From assembly GCA_027623195.1 (NCBI GenBank), contig JAQBUT010000028.1:1-36119 (forward strand): a DNA stretch of 36,119 bases, given 5' to 3'. Positions 29,265 to 36,119 of this stretch are shown piece by piece. The notes under the pieces are model-generated. The model saw only the letters and a list, made by a program, of their open reading frames with translations, was not told where the DNA came from and did no database searches. The DNA comes from Chloroflexota bacterium (GTDB lineage Bacteria > Chloroflexota > Dehalococcoidia > Lucifugimonadales > JADFKI01). How positions within the stretch are numbered: position 1 is the first letter of the stretch; each line of letters begins with the position of its first letter. Both the position numbers and the translations under genes were made by a program.

Positions 29265-29406
29265 GCCACAGACAGCGGGTCTGCTATTCGAATGACGAGT
29301 GGCAGTTAAATTATAAGCCCGCCTAGGCAGACTCTTAGGGAATGGTTTTTGTCAGGATGCTATAGTACATCCGGGCCCTGAGTCTGTGGCTCAGGGCTTT
29401 TTATTT
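29265..29406 (+). ncRNA. Ribosomal protein L10 leader (attenuator)
   Basis: AGACAGCGGG...TTAAA...CCCGCCTAGG core upstream of rplJ, followed by GCCCTGAG/CTCAGGGC-TTTTT terminator. Confidence 0.8.
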
Positions 29407-29430
29407 GACCAAAATTAGGTGAGGTGAACA

Positions 29431-29964
29431 TTGCCTACGGAGAAAAAAGAAAAGGCGATAAGCGACTTCAAGCATTGGCTTGATGGCGCAACTATTGTTA
29501 TTTCCACCAACTACACTGGTTTGCCCGTTAGCGAAATGACGGATTTACGTCGCGCCCTACGGGCCAAGGACGTTCGTTACAAGGTTGTGAAGAACACGTT
29601 GGCTTCCCGGGCGGCCGATAATTCAGACCAGGCGGCGGTTAGGGAAATAATACAGGGCCCTAGCGCCGTGGCCTTTGGGTACGGCGAACCAACGGAACCG
29701 GCCAAAGCGCTATCGGATTTCATAAGGGAACGTCGATCCGTGCTTTCCATTACGGGTGCTGTCATGGACGGCCGGGTTTTGTCTCCCGCGCAGGTGGAAC
29801 AGCTAGCCAGTCTGCCTCCCAAGGATCAACTGGTAGCCCAACTGCTAGGCCAGATGCTAGGCCCTATTTCCGGTCTGGCAAATGTGCTCAACGGACCATT
29901 ATCCGGACTGGCACGAGTCCTACAAGCCCACGCAACCAATTTACAGGAACAAGAAGCAAGCTAA
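29431..29964 (+). CDS. rplJ: 50S ribosomal protein L10
   Basis: YTGL, VVKNTL, LASLPPKDQLVAQLLG; GAGGTG upstream of the TTG start. Confidence 0.97.
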   Translation: MPTEKKEKAISDFKHWLDGATIVISTNYTGLPVSEMTDLRRALRAKDVRYKVVKNTLASRAADNSDQAAVREIIQGPSAVAFGYGEPTEPAKALSDFIRERRSVLSITGAVMDGRVLSPAQVEQLASLPPKDQLVAQLLGQMLGPISGLANVLNGPLSGLARVLQAHATNLQEQEAS

Positions 29965-30001
29965 TAATTTGAGAATAAAACTTTCCTGAGGAGGGAATCA
30001 T

Positions 30002-30385
30002 ATGGCAACGAAAGACGAAATTCTGGATTCCATCAAGGCCTTATCAGTCCTGGAGCTCTCCGAGTTGGTAAAGGCTTTAGAGACTGAGTTCGGCGTTAAC
30101 GCAGCCGCTCCAGTGTCCATGGCCACGGTGCAGGGTGTTGCGGGCACAGCCGCAGCCGCTGAGGCTGAGGAGCAGACCGAATTTAACGTGACCATTCAGG
30201 AGATCGGACCTAACAAGATCAACGTGATTAAGGCCGTTCGCGAAGTCACCACATTGGGTCTTAAAGAAGCCAAGGAACTGGTCGAAGCCGCCCCTTCCGC
30301 CGTAAAGGAAGGCATTGGCAAGGACGAGGCCGAAGAGGTTAGGGTAAAACTAGAGGCCGCCGGCGCAGTAGTTAAGGTAGGCTAA
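30002..30385 (+). CDS. rplL: 50S ribosomal protein L7/L12
   Basis: [38 protein letters not shown]. Confidence 0.98.
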   Translation: MATKDEILDSIKALSVLELSELVKALETEFGVNAAAPVSMATVQGVAGTAAAAEAEEQTEFNVTIQEIGPNKINVIKAVREVTTLGLKEAKELVEAAPSAVKEGIGKDEAEEVRVKLEAAGAVVKVG

Positions 30386-30443
30386 AATTCCGAGCGGTTC
30401 TTTTCCCTGGTAGGGCCAGGACCACATAGCAAACAGACAAAAG

Positions 30444-30477
30444 AAAAGCCCAGGTCTGCTAGAGACCTGGGCTTTTT
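30444..30477. terminator. Bidirectional intrinsic terminator between rplL and larA
   Basis: AAAAGCCCAGGTCT/AGACCTGGGCTTTT, with A- and T-tracts on the two sides, between convergent genes. Confidence 0.85.
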
Positions 30478-30496
30478 GTATTCTTAATATAATGTC

Positions 30497-31780
30497 TCAA
30501 CCAACGTAAGGTATGGTTTGGGGCCCTTCCGGAAGAACGCATATGCGGGCTTGAGATCCGTGCATTGCCAACGCTTCTTCTACGGCGGTAGACAAGTCTT
30601 CCACAGGCTCTAGATGAGCGCCTTGTACCTCTTGCTTGCTCAGGAACGAAGATTTCAACAACACTCTGGCTCTCATCTGAATTTGCGCCTGAATCTGTAC
30701 TTGCCACTGATCGTGCTTGTCGTAACCGGGCGTGTTAATCATCGCCAGGAGATCCTCTGGGCCAGTTGCGGATGCTAATATCTCCTGGTATCGCCCGTGG
30801 GCCGGTACGCCGTCTGAACACTCAGCCGCGCATATGATGGTGCCGCCTTGTGTGACTACCTGGGCAGCCGCTGACATTCCCTTCACCGCCTGGTATAGGT
30901 TCTGGTCCAGAGGGTAACCGCTGTTGGTTGTCAGCACCACCTCGTAAGGAGCATTCACAGCTTGCATTGCGGAACGTTTGGCCACCTGGCAGGCCGCCTG
31001 ATGGACCTGGAACATCTCGCCCGCATAGGCGCTGGTTATCTGCCGGTTACGGTTGATAGTTACGTCCAAACTGAAGTCGACGCCTGCCTGCTTGGCTATG
31101 CCACGCACGGCGTCGTGGATAGGATTACCCTTCGTTATGCCCCATGTGGCGTTGGGATGACCGATCATTGTGGCGTCGTGCAGCCGCATGATCGTATCGA
31201 ACCCGGCCAGCCCCGGCGCAACCATCTTTGGGCCTCCACTAAAGCCGGCAAAGAAGTGTGGTTCCACGAAACCGGTAGTTATTCTGACGTCACTTTCCGC
31301 CCAGGCTCGGTTAAGGTAAACGGGTATGCCTTCCGGTGTATCGGCGACGTGTTCCAGGACATCGGAATCGAAAGCAGAGTGATTGATCACGCGGTAGTTT
31401 GAAACAATATCGTCGCCCAGCATGTCTCTCAACTCATCATCCGTGTTGGGCCTGTGCGTGCCTGTTGCGATCAGTAAGGTGATGTCACCATTTGGAATGT
31501 GACCAAGCTCTGCTAGAACCGCCGGCAGCACCACTTTGCTCGGCATGGGCCTAGTGCCGTCGCAAACGGATATGACGACAGTCTGGCCCGATTGCGCCAG
31601 CTGCCTCAAAGGCTTCGCGCCGACAGGATTACGTAGCGCGGTCCTCAAGGCACCCTCCTGGTCAGGCAGGCCGGGGACATATGTCGGCTCGATTACCGTG
31701 GTCCTGTCCCTGGGCAGCCTCACCATAAGACCGTCCTTGCCGTAAGCCAGCCTCACATCAATGTTGTTGTCAGACGGCAT
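30497..31780 (-). CDS. larA: Nickel-pincer-dependent lactate racemase (LarA family)
   Basis: DGTRP, ATGTHR, EPHFFAGFSGGPK, YPLDQNLYQAVKG, DQWQ. Confidence 0.9.
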   Translation of the reverse strand: MPSDNNIDVRLAYGKDGLMVRLPRDRTTVIEPTYVPGLPDQEGALRTALRNPVGAKPLRQLAQSGQTVVISVCDGTRPMPSKVVLPAVLAELGHIPNGDITLLIATGTHRPNTDDELRDMLGDDIVSNYRVINHSAFDSDVLEHVADTPEGIPVYLNRAWAESDVRITTGFVEPHFFAGFSGGPKMVAPGLAGFDTIMRLHDATMIGHPNATWGITKGNPIHDAVRGIAKQAGVDFSLDVTINRNRQITSAYAGEMFQVHQAACQVAKRSAMQAVNAPYEVVLTTNSGYPLDQNLYQAVKGMSAAAQVVTQGGTIICAAECSDGVPAHGRYQEILASATGPEDLLAMINTPGYDKHDQWQVQIQAQIQMRARVLLKSSFLSKQEVQGAHLEPVEDLSTAVEEALAMHGSQARICVLPEGPQTIPYVG

Positions 31781-32444
31781 GATTCATCACCCATATCTGC
31801 TTGGACTGCGGGATATCGTTGTTGTCCATCTCAAGGCTGCTCACTCCCAGGAATCGAACGTTGCCCTGGGTTTCCAACCAGCCTTCCGCCGACCTTAGAG
31901 AGGACTCGACAGTAGTTAAACCAGGGATGTAGTAGTGCATAGGTATTACAACTCGCGGCTTGAGCCGGTCAATCAACTCATCCACCTGGACGTAACTGAG
32001 AAGATGGCAGGAGTCGTCCACGGTGACCATTAGCACATCAATCTCGCCTATCCCCTGCGCTACGACCTCAGGCATATCGTGTCGGTTGTCGCCTATGTGG
32101 CAGTAACGTATGCCTCCGACCTCTACCGTGAAGACAGTGTTCTTCATTCCAAGAAGACCAGACCGGCCGGAGTGTATGTCCGTGAAACCGCTAATGCTGA
32201 AGTCGCCGAGAGTGAAGTTACCCTCCCCGCGAAGAACGGTTGGGCAGTTCGAAATCCTATGGAAATGATTATGGTCGAAATGGTCGTGAGTCACCATCAC
32301 GACATCGGCCTGCAGCGGTGGAAAGGGCTCGGGAAACCAGTGTCTGTCCTCGGAGTTGCCGAAGGGGTCAACCAGCAAACTGGGACCGCCCTCCGCCTGC
32401 CAGAGGAAGGCGCAATGGCCGTAGTAGGTCAGCGATGTCGACAC
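31770..32444 (-). CDS. MBL-fold metallo-hydrolase
   Basis: YYGHCAF, VDPF, THDHFDH, HIGD, IPMHY. Start moved to GTG 32444, just after the upstream stop. Confidence 0.88.
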   Translation of the reverse strand: MSTSLTYYGHCAFLWQAEGGPSLLVDPFGNSEDRHWFPEPFPPLQADVVMVTHDHFDHNHFHRISNCPTVLRGEGNFTLGDFSISGFTDIHSGRSGLLGMKNTVFTVEVGGIRYCHIGDNRHDMPEVVAQGIGEIDVLMVTVDDSCHLLSYVQVDELIDRLKPRVVIPMHYYIPGLTTVESSLRSAEGWLETQGNVRFLGVSSLEMDNNDIPQSKQIWVMNHAV

Positions 32445-32448
32445 GATG

Positions 32449-33528
32449 CTACGACGTCCGCAAGAGCGCTTCGCATAGGTGGGCGGTATCCACCAACTCT
32501 GGGATAACGACGTACTCCCGCACCGTGTGCATGCCGTGGTCGGCCATTCCAATCACGACTGCGCTGATATCGTTCAGGCGAAAGACGTTGCCGTCCGTGC
32601 CGCCCCCAGAGGGGTGCATGACAGGCTCCATGCCTAGCCCACGCAACGTAGACTTGACCCGAATTGTGGCTGCATCATCGTCCGTTAGCGTATAGGTCTC
32701 GAACTCCGTATGGAGGTGATTGCCTATCTCGGCCTCTGGGAACATGGCCTGCACCTCTTTGATGGCGTCGGAGATTTGAGTGCGAATGTCGTCCAGTGTT
32801 TCCAGATTACGGCTGCGGAATTCACCGCGCACCAGCGTGTTCTCCGCCACGGCGTTGCGGACGCTGCCACCTTCGATTGTGCCTACGTTGAAGGTAGTTT
32901 CGTCGTCCAGTCGGCCCTGAGGCAGACGTGTGATTAACTCTGCGGCGATACGTATGGCGGAAATACCCTTTTCCGGTTCCACACCTGCGTGCGCTGCCCG
33001 GCCAGTAATCTCGATGTCGAATCCGATGTACGTCGGGCTGGCAGAAGTTATCTGGCTGGCAGGGCCCTCGCCGTCGAATACAATTGCTTCTTTAGCAGTG
33101 ATCAGGGAGAAGTCCAGGTTGCGGGCGCCAACGAGGCCTATCTCCTCCTCACGAGTGAAGGCGACTTCGATACCCACATGCGGGGTTCCGTCCTCGAATA
33201 CAGACTCTAGCCCTTCCAGAATGGCAGCCACACCGCACTTGCAGTCGCCGCCAAGTATTGTTGTGCCGTCGGACACAATTCTGTCGCCGTCGATGGAGGG
33301 TTTGATGCCGCGCCCAGGTTCAACAGTATCCAGGTGCGCAGACAGTAGGATGGGGTTCTCACCACCGTCACTGGCGACCATATTGCCATATGCGTCCCGA
33401 GTCACCTTTAGGCCAAAGCCTTCCAGTCGACGCGTCATTTCCTGGGCCATTGCCTCCTCTTCCCCGGAAGGGCTGTCGATCTGGACCAGGTCCATGAAGG
33501 TTTTTACCAGGCGGTCTCGGTTAATCAA
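32449..33528 (-). CDS. M20 peptidase T-like metallopeptidase
   Basis: IDSPSGEE, SAHLDTV, LGGDCK, EEEIG, GRAAHAG, GGTDGN, GMHTVRE. Confidence 0.9.
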   Translation of the reverse strand: MINRDRLVKTFMDLVQIDSPSGEEEAMAQEMTRRLEGFGLKVTRDAYGNMVASDGGENPILLSAHLDTVEPGRGIKPSIDGDRIVSDGTTILGGDCKCGVAAILEGLESVFEDGTPHVGIEVAFTREEEIGLVGARNLDFSLITAKEAIVFDGEGPASQITSASPTYIGFDIEITGRAAHAGVEPEKGISAIRIAAELITRLPQGRLDDETTFNVGTIEGGSVRNAVAENTLVRGEFRSRNLETLDDIRTQISDAIKEVQAMFPEAEIGNHLHTEFETYTLTDDDAATIRVKSTLRGLGMEPVMHPSGGGTDGNVFRLNDISAVVIGMADHGMHTVREYVVIPELVDTAHLCEALLRTS

Positions 33529-33747
33529 TATCTTTTCCTTTGCTCTGCATTGAGTCGTTAGGCTGTCGAATGACGCAGACTATTATAGGGCATCTGCGTG
33601 AGGCTTATCGAGCCGCTGGGAAGAGGCCGTAAGGAAACGTAAAGCGGGTATATTTAGCTACGTATGCAGAGAGTCAGGGCTTGGACTTCGTGGCCCGTCG
33701 CTGTAATATACGCGCATAACCTCTGAATAAAGGCCACAGGTGATGCC

Positions 33748-34032
33748 ATGACCACAGATGTCGAAGGGCGCTACGCCACCATGATTCGCGATCTGCCTCA
33801 GGGCGAGCGCCCCAGGGAGCGTTTGCGCGATTATGGCCCAAGCTACCTGAGCAACTCGGAGCTTATCGCCATACTGTTGCGGGTCGGTTCGGAAGGCGAG
33901 AGCGTGCTGACGCTGGCTTCGCGAGTGCTGGCCACGTTTGGGGGCCTGGGCGGCTTGGGCAAGGCAACCTATGGCGAGCTCTGCAACCTGCACAGCATCA
34001 GCGACGCCAAGGCATGTCAGCTCCATTTATAG
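33748..34032 (+). pseudogene. radC: RadC (UPF0758) 5' fragment interrupted by an integrated element
   Basis: ERPRERL...LSNSELIAILLRVG...AKACQL, then an abrupt stop; the C-terminal JAB domain (HNHPSG) is missing. Confidence 0.9.
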
Positions 34033-35629
34033 GCAGCTTATTCAATCCACTTTCCATGGTGTCACCGGGCTCCACGAGCATGGTCACTTCGATAGTCTCA
34101 CCTATCACAACTCTCGAAACCATGGATCTCATGACATCGCCCCTCTCAGCCTCAGTGAGTTCATCCAGTCTGGAAGCTATGGTCCGGGCATTGGCGGTAA
34201 AGGATTCGACCATCATGGCCTTGTGTTCCAGGTTACGAAGTTCAGCGTCCATGCGGTCCAGGTCCCTTGAATGGAACTCTCGGCGCTCGGTTATGGACTT
34301 CATGCGTTTGTCCCTTTCAGCATCAGTCATGTAGCCCCGCTGGTGGGAATCTAGTATTCGCTCCCTCTCCGCATCAAGGCTGCTCAATTCTGCTCTCTTG
34401 ACCTCCAGGTCTTTCGATGTCCCGGTCTCCTTGAACTCCCTGCGACGTTCCTCAAGGAGTTCAAGCACTAGCTGGGGGTTGCGGAGGACGGAGGCGACCT
34501 TATCCCAGACGGCCCTCTCTAGCTTGCCTGCGCCTATACTCCGGCGTTCGCATTGAAAGCCCTCAATCCCCCTTCTCCCGGTACGCCCTTCTATACAGGT
34601 GTACCACCTGTCTGGGGTGACCCTGGGGACTTTGAACTTGGTGCCGTCAGCGCGCTTTTGGTAGCGGTAGCGGCTGAGGTTGTGGACGAAACGTTGACCG
34701 CAACTGGCGCAGAAGGTGAGGCCAGCGAGGGGGAAGTTGTCACGGTGCTTTGCGTCGGACTTGGTGCCCTTGAATCGTGCCTTACGGTCCTGGGCAGCCT
34801 CCCAGACTGTCTCATCAACTATCGGGGGGTGAGGTATGAGAATCCAGTCGGAACGCTCAGTCTTTTCTCGAATCTTGGAGTCCCCGGGACCCTCTCGGGA
34901 TGATGTCTTGTTGTAAAAGCCCTTTCCGATGTAAGTCTCCTTATCCAACATTTGCATTAGGCTGGCTCTCACCCAGACTCCACCGCTGCGAGTGTAGATT
35001 CCATCCCGGTGGAGACCCTCAATAACCCGCGGGACAGGCGTACAACCGACGTATTCCTGGAATACCCGCCTGACTACGCTTGCCTCAGGTTCGTAGATTT
35101 CGGGCTTGCCGTCCTTGCCTTTGACATAACCATAAGTAACCTTGTCGGAATTGAGTTGCTGTCTGTGGGCCCTTCCTTCCGCACCCATCCGTGACCTGAC
35201 GGACTTAGTCTCGCTCTCTGCCTCGGCCACCAGGAGCCACATTCCGAAAGCCAGGCGATTATTAACGGTGTTGCCTTCCACGATGGAATAAAACTCCGTG
35301 CGGGTCATATCCATCGCCTCACGGAGTCGGTAGCCGATGTAAGGGCGTCGAGACAGCCTGTCCAGCTTCCAAACTACCACGATGTCGAATTGGTTCTCCG
35401 TCACCGCCTGGAGCATGGCGTTGAAGGCTGGGCGATTCACTTTCCTACCGCTTATGCCCGGGTCCTCGAAAAAGGTCAGTTCGTAGTCGTTATCCTGGCA
35501 CCAGGACTCTATGGATTGGCGCTGCTCAGTGAGGCTGTATCCGGACCTAACCTGCTCCTCTGTCGATACCCTGAGGTAGGCTGCCGCCCTTTTTCGCTGC
35601 GGTGGATTCTTTTCAGGGTAAGTAATCAC
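33998..35629 (-). CDS. Large serine recombinase (resolvase, recombinase and zinc-ribbon domains)
   Basis: Catalytic YLRVST, RPAF, DRLSR, YGY, YIG, LAGLTFCASCG...YTC...C and a coiled coil. Start set at GTG 35629 after AGGAGG. Confidence 0.95.
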   Translation of the reverse strand: MITYPEKNPPQRKRAAAYLRVSTEEQVRSGYSLTEQRQSIESWCQDNDYELTFFEDPGISGRKVNRPAFNAMLQAVTENQFDIVVVWKLDRLSRRPYIGYRLREAMDMTRTEFYSIVEGNTVNNRLAFGMWLLVAEAESETKSVRSRMGAEGRAHRQQLNSDKVTYGYVKGKDGKPEIYEPEASVVRRVFQEYVGCTPVPRVIEGLHRDGIYTRSGGVWVRASLMQMLDKETYIGKGFYNKTSSREGPGDSKIREKTERSDWILIPHPPIVDETVWEAAQDRKARFKGTKSDAKHRDNFPLAGLTFCASCGQRFVHNLSRYRYQKRADGTKFKVPRVTPDRWYTCIEGRTGRRGIEGFQCERRSIGAGKLERAVWDKVASVLRNPQLVLELLEERRREFKETGTSKDLEVKRAELSSLDAERERILDSHQRGYMTDAERDKRMKSITERREFHSRDLDRMDAELRNLEHKAMMVESFTANARTIASRLDELTEAERGDVMRSMVSRVVIGETIEVTMLVEPGDTMESGLNKLPINGADMPWRR

Positions 35630-35660
35630 GACTAACGCCTCCTGTCGGCAAATGTGAAAT

Positions 35661-35788
35661 AAAAAAAAAGCCCGCCACTTTGCTGGAAGCAGCGGGCTTT
35701 GAAATGCTAAAATTATCCCGCCGTGCCTGTTAACTCCAGGTGTGGCCACGCCTCGGGGTGTTTCAGCACCGCCGGGGCCATTTCTTAT
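35661..35788 (-). ncRNA. Candidate structured leader / small RNA upstream of the recombinase, ending in an intrinsic terminator
   Basis: Lies between a consensus promoter and the RBS. Contains two hairpins, then an AAAGCCCGC/GCGGGCTTT stem with a 9-U tract. Confidence 0.65.
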
Positions 35789-35794
35789 GACATG

Positions 35795-35823
35795 AGTATA
35801 TGGGGCATCGACTATAGAGTCAA
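35795..35823 (-). promoter_or_regulatory. Sigma70-type promoter directed toward the recombinase
   Basis: Minus strand TTGACT (35823-35818), 17-bp spacer, TATACT (35800-35795). Confidence 0.8.
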
Positions 35824-35852
35824 TTCCATGATGAACCGGGTGGAGGCCAATT

Positions 35853-36119
35853 GGTTCTGTTGCAAAGCTTTGGGTAGTCCGATAACGTCATTGCACAGTA
35901 CTCGAAAGTATGGAGCATCTCTGTGACATTTGTTGCGTCAGACAAGCCCTTCAAAGGTCGCCATTCCGAGGGGCAGGTCATCATCCTATGCGTGCGGTGG
36001 TACCTGAGATACTCACTCAGCTATCGAGACCTCAAAGAGATGATGACTGAACGAGGTCTTGAAGTAGACCACACCACAATTTATCGCTGGGTCCAGAGCT
36101 ATGCCCCCGAGTTAGAGAA
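35853..36119 (+). mobile_element. IS6-family insertion sequence, left end (truncated by window end)
   Basis: Terminal sequence GGTTCTGTTGCAAAG at 35853-35867 matches the IS6/IS257-type inverted repeat and is followed by a transposase start. Confidence 0.9.
35923..36119 (+). CDS. IS6-family transposase, N-terminal part; absent from the ORF track
   Basis: Manual translation MTFVASDKPFKGRHSEGQVIILCVRWYLRYSLSYRDLKEMMTERGLEVDHTTIYRWVQSYAPELE; GGAG upstream of the GTG. Confidence 0.93.
   Translation, partial: MTFVASDKPFKGRHSEGQVIILCVRWYLRYSLSYRDLKEMMTERGLEVDHTTIYRWVQSYAPELE

Larger units (their letters stand above)
34024..36119. mobile_element. Integrative element / genomic island inserted in radC (left end only)
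   Basis: RadC-like sequence ends at about 34023, next to the 3' end of the serine recombinase; the other end is outside the window. Junction approximate. Confidence 0.8.

Noticed and set aside
32445..32552. N-terminal extension of the MBL hydrolase
   Set aside because: It overlaps the upstream peptidase, and the family signature begins at LTYYGH.
35630..35749. 40-aa N-terminal extension of the recombinase in the ORF track
   Set aside because: It runs through the leader hairpins and the U9 terminator (AFFLF); a strong AGGAGG precedes GTG 35629.
35723..35926. 67-aa plus-strand ORF as an excisionase/RDF
   Set aside because: It spans the leader, the promoter and the IS6 terminal repeat, and has no HTH-like character.
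1..36119. CRISPR array, and the many short antisense or alternative-frame ORFs in the track
   Set aside because: No regularly spaced direct repeats were seen; the short ORFs are shadows of well-supported genes.

Overview
A mostly core-chromosome window. The gene set (LLM F420-dependent oxidoreductase, paralogous M20 amidohydrolases, LarA/LarC, short 4-domain S1, unlinked 5S rRNA) suggests Chloroflexota, probably Dehalococcoidia/SAR202-like; this is inference, not a database result. From left to right it holds: the end of an exopolysaccharide locus (Wzc-like kinase plus bifunctional Sat-CysC); a TreT-like glycosyltransferase with an in-frame stop near its 5' end; tandem M20 amidohydrolases, an M1 aminopeptidase and other catabolic enzymes; gmk, a divergent TyrA-like protein, a site-2 protease and an atypical HesB/IscA; a stand-alone 5S rRNA; rpsA-clpC-radA-larC; tRNA-Thr/Tyr/Thr-tuf-rpmG-secE-nusG-rplKA-L10 leader-rplJL; and a peptidase/MBL/larA operon. 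The right end is the left flank of an integrative element. A large serine recombinase has interrupted radC, and its reading frame runs across the junction into host radC DNA. It is preceded by a consensus sigma70-type promoter and a ~130-nt structured leader with terminator/antiterminator alternatives and loop-target complementarity. An IS6-family element, cut by the window end, follows. The recombinase leader RNA and the att-spanning C-terminus are the best candidates for undescribed biology. No CRISPR array was seen.
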